Shown: positions 25,251 to 38,781 of the stretch, one piece after another
How positions within the stretch are numbered: position 1 is the stretch's first letter
How the letters are laid out: every line of letters begins with the position of its first letter
Assembly: GCA_025558095.1 (NCBI GenBank)
Contig: JAIVFI010000010.1
Location: 124,001-188,000 of the forward strand
Direction of reading: 5' to 3'
Origin: Hyaloraphidium curvatum SAG 235-1
Taxonomy: Eukaryota; Fungi; Monoblepharomycota
Length of the DNA stretch: 64,000 nt
Position numbers and translations under genes: made by a program
The notes under the pieces: generated by a model
What the model was told of the DNA's origin: nothing
The model's input: only the letters and a program-made list of their open reading frames with translations
The model's database searches: none

Positions 25251-26540
25251 GGGGAGGCCTGGAGGGATTGCTGCGGAGTGGGGGGGGAAGGGGAGGCGAG
25301 GGAAGGGGCGCGCGAGGGGGGAGGGGGGCGGGCCGGTCCTGCCCCCGCTTGCCCCCTTTGCGGCGCTTGGACATTGGAAGGAACCCGGCGATACCCCGGA
25401 CTTGCTTTGGATCACCTTCGCCTGCGCGGGCGTGGGGGGCCGAAGGGCATTGGAACCGCGATACCCGGATACCCGTAATGCTGTCGAGTTGTTCGTTGTT
25501 TGGCGCGAATCTGGGAATGAGGACGTGCGTTGTTGCCGGTGCGATTGCTCTCGGAAGAAGTTGCGGGTGCATGGACGAGTACAGGGTGGCGGGAGGGGGA
25601 CGGAGAGGGCGGGGGAGGGTGGAGGCTGCGGCCGAGGAGGGGGAGCCGAACGCGGACCGCGGTGCCGGGTTCCCAGCCCCTCCGACCGCCTTTCTCGCCG
25701 CCTGCCGGATCTGCCGAACGCGAGGAGCCCCCAGGCACCCGCCGCACCGGATCGGCCGCGTGCAGGGACCACCCTACCAACCCCCCGGCAAGCTGGTCCG
25801 AGCCCAACCGTCCGGTCCGAAAGCCCGGCGATCGGCTGTCCGCTTCCCCCCACTTGAGCGGTGCTGTTACGTTACAAAGCTTTGTTGGACGTGACCGATC
25901 GCGGGAGACGCCGCGGGAAGGGCCGGGTCGGGACGCCACCATAGTGACGGGGGATCCCGGGGATCGGGCGGTGCCGCTGGGGGGATGCCCGGCGTATGGA
26001 GGTCGGACGCCCCAATCGCGGACTGCCATCATCGTATGTTGCACCGGAGCAGGAAATCGGCGGATCTAATAAGGATTAAGCCTGCTGCGGCCCGGCTAAC
26101 AATGGGGGCAGGGAAGATTGGGGGAGGTCCGGGCGCCGTCCGGCAGCCCTCCCACGGCCGGGGCAGCCGAGCATTCCCCTCGCTAGCGCCGATCTATCGC
26201 CATCCGCATCCGCAACGCGTCCCCGCCCCCCGGCATTCCCACGAATTCGGGATGTGGGACGCCGGCAACTCGGCTGGTGCCCCCGGCGGCGCACGCGCTC
26301 GCGCCAACAACCCCTGCCCATGCCCGCGGCCAAACACGGCGCCGGCCGCGCGTGAGCCGCCCCGCAGCACAGACGAAGCGCGCGCCGCCGCCGCGGCCGA
26401 GAGCGCCGCGGAGAGCCGGCCGGGCCGCCGATACCCATACCCCGCGGCCGCGCACCGACCCGCCGCCGCACCCAGCACCCGCGAGCCGGCCACGGACGAT
26501 TTAAGGAGTTTTTATTAGGCGCTCGGAGGAGAAGCCGGGA

Positions 26541-28337
26541 ATGGCCTCGCGCAGGGCAGCCCCCGCCGCGGGCCTGGACCCCAAGGCCGCGCTGCCGCTC
26601 GCGCCCGCCTCGCAGCGCTCGGCCTCGGGGGACGCGTCGAGCCAGGGCAGCGTTATCAACGGGATCAGGATTAGCGGTGGGCCGCCATGTTTCGCCCCCC
26701 TGGCGTCGCTCACACCCCTCGCCACCCCAGGCGAACCCGACTCGTCCAAGCTCATGTTCGTCGCCGCCTGCGACGCCCGCTCGGGCTCGCAGGAGCAGGT
26801 GGTCTACTCCAACTCCAAGGTCGTGGGCAACGGCAGCTTCGGCGTCGTCTTCCAGGTGCGCGGGGTGCCCGGGCCGCCTGAAGGGGCCGGCTAACAGACC
26901 CGCCGGGGGCCCAAACAGGCCAGGTTGTCGGCGCCGTCGCGGATGAAGGGCGAGTGCGTGGCGATCAAGAAGGTGCTGCAGGACAAGCGGTTCAAGGTGG
27001 GCACCGGTGGCGGGGGGCGTCGCTTTGTTGTTTCTCACCGCCTGCGCCCCCGCCCGCTTCGCCGCACCCGCCCGCCTCGCCCGCCCGCCCTTTCCCTCCT
27101 CGAACTTCCCCTCTGTTCCAAAGAACCGAGAACTGCAAATCATGCGCCTGGTCGAGCACCCCAACATCTGTGCGCTGCGGTTCTTCTTCTACTCCAACGG
27201 CGAAAAGGCCGACGAGGTCTTCCTGAACCTCATGCTCGAGTACGTCCCCGAGACCATCTACAGGGCGGGGCGGCACTACTACAAGCTGAAGCAGCCCATG
27301 CCCATGCTGCTCATCAAGGTGGGCTGGACTCGCCTCCGCCTTATCTGCTCCTCTGACTTGGCCCCACCCAGCTCTACATGTACCAGCTCTTCCGCTCTCT
27401 TGCCTACATCCACTCCCTCGGCATCTGCCACCGCGACATCAAGCCGCAGAACCTCCTCCTCGACTCGGCCACCGGCATCCTCAAGCTGTGCGACTTCGGC
27501 TCGGCGAAAATCCTCGTGCCCGACGAGGCGAACGTGTCGTACATCTGCTCGCGGTACTACCGCGCGCCGGAGCTCATCTTCGGGAGCACCATGTACACCG
27601 TCTCCATCGGTGGGCTCCCTTGGCGCTCGGTCCACCTTGTCACGCGCTCACTTCCGCCCCCTCCCAGACGTCTGGTCGACCGGCTGCGTCATGGCGGAGC
27701 TCATGCTCGGGCAGCCCCTGTTTCCGGGCGAGAGCGGCGTGGACCAGCTCGTGGAGATCATCAAGGTCCTGGGAACGCCGACGAGGGAGCAGATCCGCAA
27801 CATGAACCCGAACTACACGGACTACAAGTTCCCGCAGATCAAGGCGAGTACGTGGAATAAGGTGCGTTGACTGTGGTGGGATCGCGGCAGGGCCTCAGAA
27901 AGCTGACGCCCCGTTCGCGGCAGGTCTTCCGCAACAACAAGTGCGCGACCCCCGAATCCCTCGAGTTCCTCCCCCGCCTCCTCGACTACACCCCCACGGC
28001 GCGCCTGACGGCCGCCGACGCCATGGCCCACCCCTTCTTCGACGAGCTCCGTGACCCCGCCTCCCGCCTCCCCTCCGGGCGTGAACTCCCTCCCCTCTTT
28101 GGCTTCTCCCGGGACGAGCTGGCCTCCTTCACTCCCGCCCAGGTGGCCAAGCTGGTCCCCCCGCACGCTGCAGCGGACCTCGCCGCGCGCGGGCTGGTCC
28201 CCTCGTCGCTGGCCCGCGGCGCGCGCAAGTCGCCGCGGGAGGTGGCCGAGGCGTCGGCCGGGCTGGCGGGCAACCCGAACGCGGTGGTGGTCCCCCGCGA
28301 GGGCGACGCCGCGGAGCTCGGGGAGCTGGACGCATAG
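26541..28337 (+). CDS. GSK3: Glycogen synthase kinase-3 (CMGC kinase), 6 introns
   Basis: [42 protein letters not shown] and [12 protein letters not shown]. All introns are GT-AG and in frame. Confidence 0.96.
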
Positions 28338-28645
28338 ACGGACACCGGCTTGTTTCGCTGCTTCCCGCCGAGAGGGGGGACATTACTTAGGCGCTTCCGA
28401 CGATGCCACGATACCCAGGCCCCGCGGGGGGGAGGACGTGTAGATATGCGGGTGTAGACTAGGTGCGGAGATCTATATCGTCTGTTTCGGTACCCGTGAA
28501 CTGGTGTGGTGGTGCGGTCCTGTGGGCGGTGATTTGGGACGCAAAGGGTCGAGTTCGCACCGTCATCGAATCACCGCGCACACGAGCACCTCCCACCTGC
28601 CGCGCCCCGCGCCTTCCATTTCCTCCTCCCCTGCCGATAAACAGA

Positions 28646-29240
28646 ATGCGCGCGCTGCACCCGCTCTCTCCCCGGCCCGCCGGCCCGCGCGCGCGGTCCC
28701 CCGCGTCGTCCTCCGAGGGCGGTTCCCCGCCCGCGCGGGCCGCGCCCTCTACCCGCACCGCGCCCGCTGGGCAGAGCGAGAGCAGCGCGGAGGTGAAGAA
28801 GGCGGCCGGCGGAGTCAAGAACGGGAGGGGAAAGTGGGTTCCACGCGTCACTCCTCGACGGGGAGCGGCGGGGGGCAGAGGTGCGAACGAGGCTGACGAT
28901 CGTTTCCTCCCTCGTTGCCTCCCCTCCGCGGGCTCTTCCTCGCTCTCTCCTCCTCCGTATGTGCGGTCTCGGCGGCGGCCGCGACAGCTCGCCCTACACC
29001 CGGTTCGCAACCCGCGCGCCGCGGTCCCGATCACCGCCGCTGACCCACGCCGCGAAGCTTCCTCGCCGTCGAGATCCGCCGCCTCAAGTCGCTCCACCCG
29101 ACCATGAAGCACAAGTCCGTGTTCAAGATGGCCGCGGGGAAGTGGGTAGCGATCGGCTGCCATGGGAGGGAGGTGCTGATCGCCGCGATCTGGGCAGCTG
29201 GGCGACGGCGGAGGAGAACCCGAGGCGCAAGGACGCCTGA
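28646..29240 (+). CDS. Small YABBY-domain / HMG-box-like DNA-binding protein, 3 introns
   Basis: The spliced product reads ...GRGNSPYTRFLAVEIRRLKSLHPTMKHKSVFKMAAGNWATAEENPRRKDA*, matching the YABBY pattern SAYNRF.KEEI.RIK..NP...H.EAF..AAKNW. Confidence 0.8.
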
Positions 29241-29312
29241 TGAGTGACTACTATTGGACCCGCCGCGGAAGATGCCCGCGTATTGTCAACTATGTGCGAA
29301 CTGCGTCTAATG

Positions 29313-30733
29313 TTATCCGGAGCTTTCGTATGGTGCAATCTCGCACGCTTTTATCCACGTTGGGTCTCTCGCTGCTATACAAAGTGCTCCGGTTCCTCCA
29401 AGGCAATCCTCAAGTCCGGTCCGCCGTGGGGCGACTGCAGGGCAAGCTCGATGGTCTGCACCTGCACGGACCAAGTAGCCGTCCCGATTTGCAAGTTCCT
29501 TCAGTGCTTCCAGCCGGATTGCACCGAGCGACCGGAAGCCCCGCTTCAGCACCAGCAGCACATCGAGGTCCCGCAGCGCCCCCAGTTCCTCAAGGACCCG
29601 CAGCACCTCGACGTAGGGGCGGGCCGTGTCTGGCGTCCAGCCCTGTTCGTGGATTGCGTTGTTCTCCACGTGGCAGATCCCTCTTCGTACGACAATTTCC
29701 AGCGGCGGATCCCTGCGGAGGGTGCAGCGCAGGCCCTCGGCGAGCCCGTTGGCGACGGGTCCCACAAGGGTCAGGCCGTCCATTTCAAGGGTCCGGAGGT
29801 TGGGTGGGAGCTGCCGGCCGACCAAGGTCGCCGGATCGCACGACCCGCGGAACTGGAGGACCTCCGCGCTCCGGATGCGGGGCAGCGTGGCCCAGAACGG
29901 CTCGAAATGGGCGCGCCAGTCGGGCATTGTGCCCATCAGCGTCCAGCAGATGCGCTTGGGGCGGAAATGGGGTTTATCCGCCAGGTACTGGAGATCCCGG
30001 ACGACACTGCCGGTCCAGGTAGTTGTCCGCCGCAAGAGACGCGTCGGGAAAGAATCCACTTGCTGCTGGAGTCGGTCGTCGTCGTCTGTGGCCATGTAAA
30101 TCGTCAAATCCGCATCCTCGAGAGAAGAGCAGGCGGAATCGACAGATGCCAAGAAATCGGTGTCGTACCACGAAGTCAATTCAGAAACTTTAGGCCAGGC
30201 AGGTGTGGAAATCTCGGTTGCTCTCGATCTCGAGAAATGAGGTCGACCGTAACATCGAGGTGGGTCAAGAACTTCAAATCGGCACCTGTGATCGAGAGAC
30301 GTTCAAGCTGGTGGACGCGCGGCAGGGCCCACGCAATGAGCTGGCGATTAGGCTCGTTCTTCCGCATCTGCGTGTCGAGCCGCTTGGGTAACAGCTTGAC
30401 GAACCGCAGAAGCCCGCGCTGCTCCAGCTGCTCGAATGTTTGCGCGGCATCCATCTCGCGTCGCAGCATGGGAGGCGCACGCCCAGGAATGCCCGCCTCG
30501 GGGAGCAGCCATTGGATGCTGAACCGGGACAGGAATCTGGGCAGCAGAAGCTCGTACACTGCACGGGAAACAAGCATCATTTCCAGAAGTTCCTTAGTCG
30601 CGGGCCTGAGGTGAGATGCGACGGCGAGGAGCAGCTCCGGTGGCAGGCGCGCTTCGGACGCGTCATCGCCCGGACCCCCGGCCGGCGCGTCCTGCGGCTC
30701 CGCGGCGACGGGGCAATCGAAAGCTTCGGCCAT
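29313..30733 (-). pseudogene. F-box-like protein gene with an apparent frameshift near 30178
   Basis: LPPELLLAVASHL is F-box-like. Two overlapping ORFs join by a 1-nt shift (KFLN*/LTSWYD) with no intron signals. Could be a sequencing error. Confidence 0.55.
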
Positions 30734-31076
30734 GATGTGCGATTGGGCCGGCGGGGGTACGTCCTGGAAGGCTCAAAAGTGTGCCGCCGGGGGTGCGCGT
30801 CTGCAGAGTCAGGAGAGCGAAGTGGCGCGGAGCCAGAAACTTCAAATCAAGACGATCCCAAGCTGAATACCTCCGTGCAAGGAACACGGGGACATTGATG
30901 GATCAACTTCTCTGGCACGAGATGTCGAATCAACCGAGAATCTCTAGGCGCGCCTCGTGATGCAGCTCAATACAACAGCCTCGCCCCTTCCCTCCTTTCC
31001 GTGCCGAGAGTCCCATCCACCGCAGCATCCCATCCATTCTGGCGCCATACCGCCGATCCAGGAGCACCCCCGCCGG

Positions 31077-32210
31077 CTACATGTCAAAATCGTCCTCGTC
31101 GTCCTCGAACACCACGGTCCGGCCGTACCCGTTCGAGGGCAGGCTCGAGGGCACCACGTCGATCGCGGGCATGTGGCCCGCGAGCAGGCCCTGCGTCGCC
31201 GAGAGGTCGACGTTCTGCGGGCGCGAGAAGATGTTTTGTCGGTTTCTGGCACGCCGGCAAGGGAGGGACGTCAGTTTGGTTCGCGGCGGCCCAGGCGCCC
31301 GCACGAGGACCCACTTCCGCAGCATGAACAGCATCCGCACGCCCTGCGCGACGTTGCGCACGATGATCATGAACAGGTCCAGCACCTCCTCCTTCTCGGA
31401 CCACGAGTCCGGGTTGCAGTCCGTCTGGTGGGCCAGCGGCCGCGTGGCCGTCATGACGGCCAGCGTGACGACGCAGAACACGAGCACGGCGAGGTCGAAG
31501 ACGTTCCAGATGGATTTCCAGAACAGCTGGCGGGCGGGGTGACATGTCAGGCCGGAGCCGCTGTGCCAACGCAAGGTCTACCGACCCGTCCGAGGGCCGT
31601 CATCCGTATCGCGATCTCGAAGATCATGGAGAGGTTGATGAGCACCTCGAACGTGACAAAGGTGATGCTGGGGCTGTGTGGAACGCGTGGAAGGGGGCCA
31701 ACCGTTGGCACTCCGAGACAGGCCGGTCTCGCAGCAAAGGCCCACCATTTCTCAGTCGAGGCCTTCGACGTCCAAGCATTCACAAGGAATGAAATCACAA
31801 GGAAGGAAGTGGTGCCGTTAACCCGATATGAAATCCAGACAACAGGTCCCCGGTTCCGGGCAACCCACGAGGTAGATGGTGGCGACCGACAGCAGCGCCA
31901 TGACCACGTAGAGCGTGGCATAGGCCCGCGAGTACAGGATCCTGTTTGCCAGCCCCTTCCATATCTCGCGCCGCGTGATCGAGTGCCTGGCCGAGGGCAG
32001 GTGCCGCGGGATCCCGACGAACGACTCGTCGCGGGCCATGCCGGGCGACGGGCTGCGACCCGGCGGCGAGCCGTCGCCGTCCTCCGACGCCTCGGCGGTG
32101 CCGTCGCGCGAGTCGGCGCTGTCGCGGCCGCGCGGGCTGCGCGCCGTCGGGGGCTGCAGCTGCCGCGCGGGTGGGCCGCCGCGCTGGTACGACGCCGAGC
32201 CGGCCTTCAT
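31077..32210 (-). CDS. Ion-transport (S1-S4 voltage-sensor-like) membrane protein, copy 1, 4 introns
   Basis: TM segments, FEIAIRM, FWKSIWNVFDL and IVRNVAQGVRMLFMLRK. Mirrored at 62281-63416. Confidence 0.75.
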
Positions 32211-32733
32211 GCCCAAAGGGGACGGCGCGTCGATAGGCGCGTCCCCATGGTCATTATTGGGGGAGACCGCCGGGCTGGCCAGTGGAGCGGAGCTCGGAGT
32301 TGGAGGTGAAAGCGGTGCGGACCGGCCAGCTGTCACCCGCGCAACCTGCCGCAAAATGCAACCACCAGTATGGATGATTCGCTGGTTCCGAGTTGGGCAT
32401 ATGATGGATTGAGCTCCGGTTACGCTAGATCCCAGATGATTTGGCGGATCCAGTTGTTCGGGGCCGTTGCTGCCGAGCTACTCGAGGAGGCGGCCCGACA
32501 CTCCCTGCAACCACCACCTCGAAGAGCACTCGAGGACTAGGTTAAGCACGACGGACAGCGTCCTCATCCATGCCAATTACCACCATGGAGGTTAGGTTAT
32601 CGGGCCAGCCGGGGTCAGGACCGGTCCGGGGAGGCAGATCGGACGAGTGGACGGGAACAGGCAGCCAACCAACACAAGTACGAGAAAGAGGCAATCAATT
32701 CAGCCAAAGGCGTACATCGGCATCGAAGGGTGT

Positions 32734-32749
32734 GGCGTTTAGATACGCC
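32734..32749 (-). promoter_or_regulatory. Histone stem-loop-like hairpin after orphan H3 C-terminus (copy 1)
   Basis: GGCGTATCTAAACGCC followed by ACACC on the minus strand. Confidence 0.6.
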
Positions 32750-33697
32750 GGGAGACGCGCGCGGGGCGCCGGGGAGCCTAGCCGGGGAGCAGCTTACGAG
32801 CGCTCGCCGCGGAGACTCCTCGCACCGTAGACCGAACCGAGTCGCCCGTAGACCATAGTCAGTGGCCATGGACCGCCGCAGCACTCGTGAACCGGTCCCA
32901 GAACCCCGCGAACCGGCCCCAGAACCCCGTGAACCTGGCCGGAACCCGATACCCCGGCGGGCCGTGGACCAGACGCGAATAGCGCCAACCGGGGCGCCCT
33001 AGACACGTGGCAGAACAGCGCCGCGTGGCCGGCATCGAGGCACGGCGACCGCGCGGGCGCCGAGGGCGGGAAAGGGGGTGCCGCGGTGGAGACATGTCCG
33101 GCGTTGTCGGCGGCCGCGCGGGGTCATCCGGGCGCCGCGGGGCGCAACGGAGACCGGAATGCGGTAGCGCGGGGAGCATAGCACGAGGTGCCGCGCGCCA
33201 ATGGTGGGCGCCGCGCGCCGATGAGGCGGGGGACAGCAGGGCGATGTGGAATCGGATGAGCGGAGGGCGGAAAATTTCGGCCAGCTACGACGCCTCCAAA
33301 GTCGACGGACCGCAGCTCGGCAGACGGCCAAGATCCGATGGCAAATCATAGGATGCTAATCAGATGCCCAAGACTCATGATGCCTGGTGGTCGGAGGGGC
33401 TCCATGGCTCGACGCGGACGGCCGAGGAAGGGGTCCGGGGACCGCGCTCTCCAGGGATTGACCGACTCGGCGCAGCGGTCAGCACCGGCCTCGGCGATTA
33501 GGACAGCGGGTTAAGGAGTAGTTCGTGCTGTAACCGGAGGCGGCCCAGGGTCATCGCGTAGGCGGGAAGGGGGCGGGGCGCGGACCAGCGGCCCAGCGAG
33601 GAGTCCGGAGGAGCTTGACCAGGTCAAGGACCGCGACGGCAGGCGACCGAGAAGATAGGGAAAAATGCATCAGATTCACATCAACTACATGGAATGT

Positions 33698-33713
33698 GGC
33701 GTTTAGAGACGCC
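33698..33713 (-). promoter_or_regulatory. Histone 3'-UTR stem-loop-like hairpin (H3 copy 1)
   Basis: GGCGTCTCTAAACGCC followed by AC, 36 nt after the stop. Confidence 0.7.
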
Positions 33714-33749
33714 GGAAAGCGCTGCGCGGGCGCGGGGGGAGCAGGCAGC

Positions 33750-35317
<1,568 letters not shown>

Positions 35318-35494
35318 TAACCTAACCCGCGTCCTGCTCGTCCGTACCTAACCTAACCTGCTGGTGGACTGCAGGAGGCAGCTGTTGACCAGTGGTGGTC
35401 GTGCCCAGTCGGCGCCTATGGACCCGCTGCGTATCGATCAGCTTGCAGCAGATGAATCTGAGTGTGCACGAGCTTCCGCCCGAGATCAAGAGCT

Positions 35495-37312
35495 CTAGTA
35501 GGCAAACGACTCGGTCCTGACGTCCCTGTCCGCCAGCCACTCGGTCACGGCCTTGGTCATCGCGGGCCCGGCGCAGACAAAGAACGCCTCGTCCGCCTCC
35601 CCGACCAGGTCCTCCTTCCCCATCCTCCGACGGTGCACGGCAGCCCCTGCGCCCTCGATCGCGGTCACCACCGATCCATGCTCGCCGTCCCCGACGCGGG
35701 AGACAAAGAGGGCGCTCCTCGCAGCGAGACCGGGGATCTTGTCGAAGCTGTCCCTCGCCAGACCAAGATCTTCTGCCGCCAGTCCCCAGACGAGGCGAAA
35801 GTCCCTGCCGGCGGCCAGCAGGCCGGGCGCCTGCGCGAGAAGCGGCGTGATTCCGACGCCGCCGGCGACAAAGACGGCACGGGCCCCGCTTCCCAGCTCC
35901 GCCATGCGGAACCGCTCCGACCCCGCGAAGCCGACGATCGGAAGAGACAGGCCGCCCGACGTCCCGGCGCTAAAGAGCAGCGAGGTAGCCGGCCCCTTGT
36001 GCCGCGCCGTGACCACCAACGTGCCCGAGCCGGGGTCCCCGCCCGAGACCGTAAAGGTCCGGACAAAGTCGTCGTTCAGGCTCTGCGGATCCCAATCGCG
36101 CATGTGGCTGTATCCACGGTCCAGCTCGGGGCCAAAGTCAAAGGTCGCGTGGTCACCGGGCGTCCAGCTCGGCTTCGCGGCGCCGGGCGGAGCGGTGAGG
36201 GCAAAAGTGAGCCTGGCGACCCCAGGCGAAAGCTCTTCGCGCAACACCAGCGCCGCCTTGGCCAACGACGGGCTCCCCGAGGCAGCCGCCGCATCCAGTC
36301 CGTCGGGGAGCTCGCTTGCGAGGCGCCGCACGGGCGGGTTGTACGGCGACGGGTCCAGGGCTTCCCCTGTAAAGGGGAGGCACGAACGAATGAACCTGGC
36401 CGCGGTGACCTCGATGCGTAGGGCGAGCTTGGCGCGCGGGAGCAACGCGAGGGCCGGGCCGCCCGCGAGGATCTCGGCCGTGCCCGAGACAAAGAGGGCG
36501 TCCCCGGTGGCGAAGTCCGGGAACACGATGCCGACGTTGGGGTTGATGCGGATGTTGCCGAGGCTCTGGTACAGCCTGTTGCCCGAATACTCAGGGTAGA
36601 CGAGGGTGCATCCCGCCCCGTCGTTCCTGGCGACGCGGACAAAGCCCGGCGGGCCGCCGCGGTGGTTGGTGTCGATGCTGTCGCGCGAGTCGGTGCTGGT
36701 CATGAAGAAGGTGTCGGCGCGGGCAAGGAGATCGATCGCTGCTTCCGGCAGAGGCAGCGAGGAGGAAACCAGCTCCGGCTGGGGTTCGCGGGCCACGATG
36801 CGCTTGCGGTTGATGTACTTTGGGCAGTTACCCATCATTTCGGTGATTCGCACTCCGAGCTCGATTGACGACGGGGGCGCAAAGGCGGCGATGAGCACTG
36901 ACCCCGCGAACTTGACGCGGTCGCGCGTCTCCGGGTCAATCGTGAGGCCGGCGACGGGCCCGGCGTTCCGCACGACGCGCGTTCCATCGTCGTCCACTTC
37001 CATCGCCCTGCTGAGGAGCACGCCCACAACGGGGTCTTCCGCGCCGGTGCCCGAGGAGATGCCCAGCGCGCCCGGCGCAACCGCCCTTGCCGCCCCGGCG
37101 AAGCCGCCAAGCACGGTCGTCCACGGGCGGCCGGCGGCGTCAACGACTCCGAGGGCGATCAGCGGGCTCTGCGAGACGCGGGGCGCGTATCCAAGGGGGA
37201 ACCCGCGCGAGGTGGGGTTCGGGCGCGCGGAGGGCAGCTTTGCCGCCGCGCCAAGAAGCTGTCGTTGCACCGCAATCTCGCCGCTGTGCCAGAGGACGTC
37301 GCCGGTCGCCAT
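35495..37312 (-). CDS. Pyridoxamine-5'-phosphate-oxidase-like FMN-binding / FNR-type oxidoreductase fusion, copy 1
   Basis: WHSGEIAVQ, GNCPKYINRK, NHRGGPPGFVRV, YPEYSGNRLYQSLGN, VRTFTVS, AGGVGITP, CAGP and ESFAY*. Confidence 0.88.
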   Translation of the reverse strand: MATGDVLWHSGEIAVQRQLLGAAAKLPSARPNPTSRGFPLGYAPRVSQSPLIALGVVDAAGRPWTTVLGGFAGAARAVAPGALGISSGTGAEDPVVGVLLSRAMEVDDDGTRVVRNAGPVAGLTIDPETRDRVKFAGSVLIAAFAPPSSIELGVRITEMMGNCPKYINRKRIVAREPQPELVSSSLPLPEAAIDLLARADTFFMTSTDSRDSIDTNHRGGPPGFVRVARNDGAGCTLVYPEYSGNRLYQSLGNIRINPNVGIVFPDFATGDALFVSGTAEILAGGPALALLPRAKLALRIEVTAARFIRSCLPFTGEALDPSPYNPPVRRLASELPDGLDAAAASGSPSLAKAALVLREELSPGVARLTFALTAPPGAAKPSWTPGDHATFDFGPELDRGYSHMRDWDPQSLNDDFVRTFTVSGGDPGSGTLVVTARHKGPATSLLFSAGTSGGLSLPIVGFAGSERFRMAELGSGARAVFVAGGVGITPLLAQAPGLLAAGRDFRLVWGLAAEDLGLARDSFDKIPGLAARSALFVSRVGDGEHGSVVTAIEGAGAAVHRRRMGKEDLVGEADEAFFVCAGPAMTKAVTEWLADRDVRTESFAY

Positions 37313-37555
37313 CGTGCGTTTGGTAAAGCTGAAGTTGAATGCTGCTTTCCGCATGGAAGGAAGTGGGGGCCTTATGTCTTTTGCGCCGCCACGGCCCGGA
37401 TGGATTACGAAATGAGCCGGGTCCTCTGACATCATTCCGGGTCAGGACCCTGCTTGGTCAGACTTCGACCGGCAAATGCGATATTGCATTTCGAATCTCG
37501 ACGTTGCTGGAGAACGCTGACGGACGGGATTGGCTGCCCGACCAGCGACAGCGCA

Positions 37556-38066
37556 TCACAATTTGGCCCGGTCCTCTGCCGCCGCCCACTTTGGCCTCGG
37601 GAACGAAGCCGGCCCCATCGCCTTGGTGTGCGACGCCGACGCCACAAGGCCCTTCTCCCCCTCCACCCCCACGATCCTGATCTCGCTCCTGCAGAACGCC
37701 GCGGACTTTGTCTTGCGGTCCTTCCACGCCCTCACGCTCAGAACGTCCCCCACCCGCGCCGGGGCCACGAACTGCACGTTCAACGCGAGTGTGGCGCCGA
37801 CGACGCCGGATCCGTCCACCAGCAAGACCATGCTGGAGATCATGTCGAGGAGCGACGCGGCGACGCCTCCGAACAGATGCGCCGAGTTGTTGGTGTGGTC
37901 CGGGTTGACCGCGACGCGGAACTCGGCCGACGCCATCCGCAAACGAAGTGAATCGGCCGTCGGCGAGGCACTGGGCAGGCACGGAGCCGGGGGCGCCGGG
38001 GAGTTCGAGGCACCCGTTGAGGTACGTGAGGATGTCGGCCTCAGAGGGGCCTGCCGGAGGGCCCAT
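37556..38066 (-). CDS. PaaI/hot-dog acyl-CoA thioesterase, probably peroxisomal (AKL), 1 intron
   Basis: HTNNSAHLFGGVAASLLD, TLALNVQFVAPA and VASASHTK motifs, with C-terminal AKL. Confidence 0.8.
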
Positions 38067-38781
38067 CGGGGACAACTAGTCGAGCCGAGCAGCGTCGGAA
38101 GATTTCCACGCGTATTTCGCCACTTCACTGCGGCGCTGCCCGAATGGAGCCGCTGGTGGCAGGGAGACAACCTCGCGCGATCGTCGCGATAAACAAATAG
38201 CACCTTCCGTCCCGCCCACGGCGGCGTCTTCCGCGACTCATCGCCGGAAATCGCGTATATCATCTTCCAATCGACGCGCCGAGGAAGGCAAAGAGACGCA
38301 GGACAGGGTTGCGGAACTCGGCCATCTTGGTATCGACCGTCACGGGGTGCGCTTCGCGGAAGGCTGCGCCGCAATAGCCATCCGCTGTTCCCGATTCCTC
38401 GTCCGGTAGCAGCGACCGGAACGGTGGGGTCGCGGCAGGGAACAAGCACACCCATTCCTCGGGCGAAAAGTCTGCGTCGGGGGCGCGCGGCTCGCCCTCG
38501 GAAGTCTGGGAGGCACCGGGATTGGAGGCTTCGGGCGCGGCGCCACCGGCCCCGAAGGCAGCTGTGGAGTCGCCCTCAGATCCACTCATTTGCACCAGCG
38601 CGGAAACGCGGCTATTAGGTTCAACGTCGGGAGTGGAAGCGGGGAATCGTGCGAGCCCGCACAAAGGATCAGCGTCACTCGAGCACTCGAGGCCCTGGGG
38701 ATCGGGGAGCCTCAAGCTCCCCGTGGGCCGACTCTGAAACTAGCACAATCGTGAAGAATCGTTGACAAATGCACTACATTA

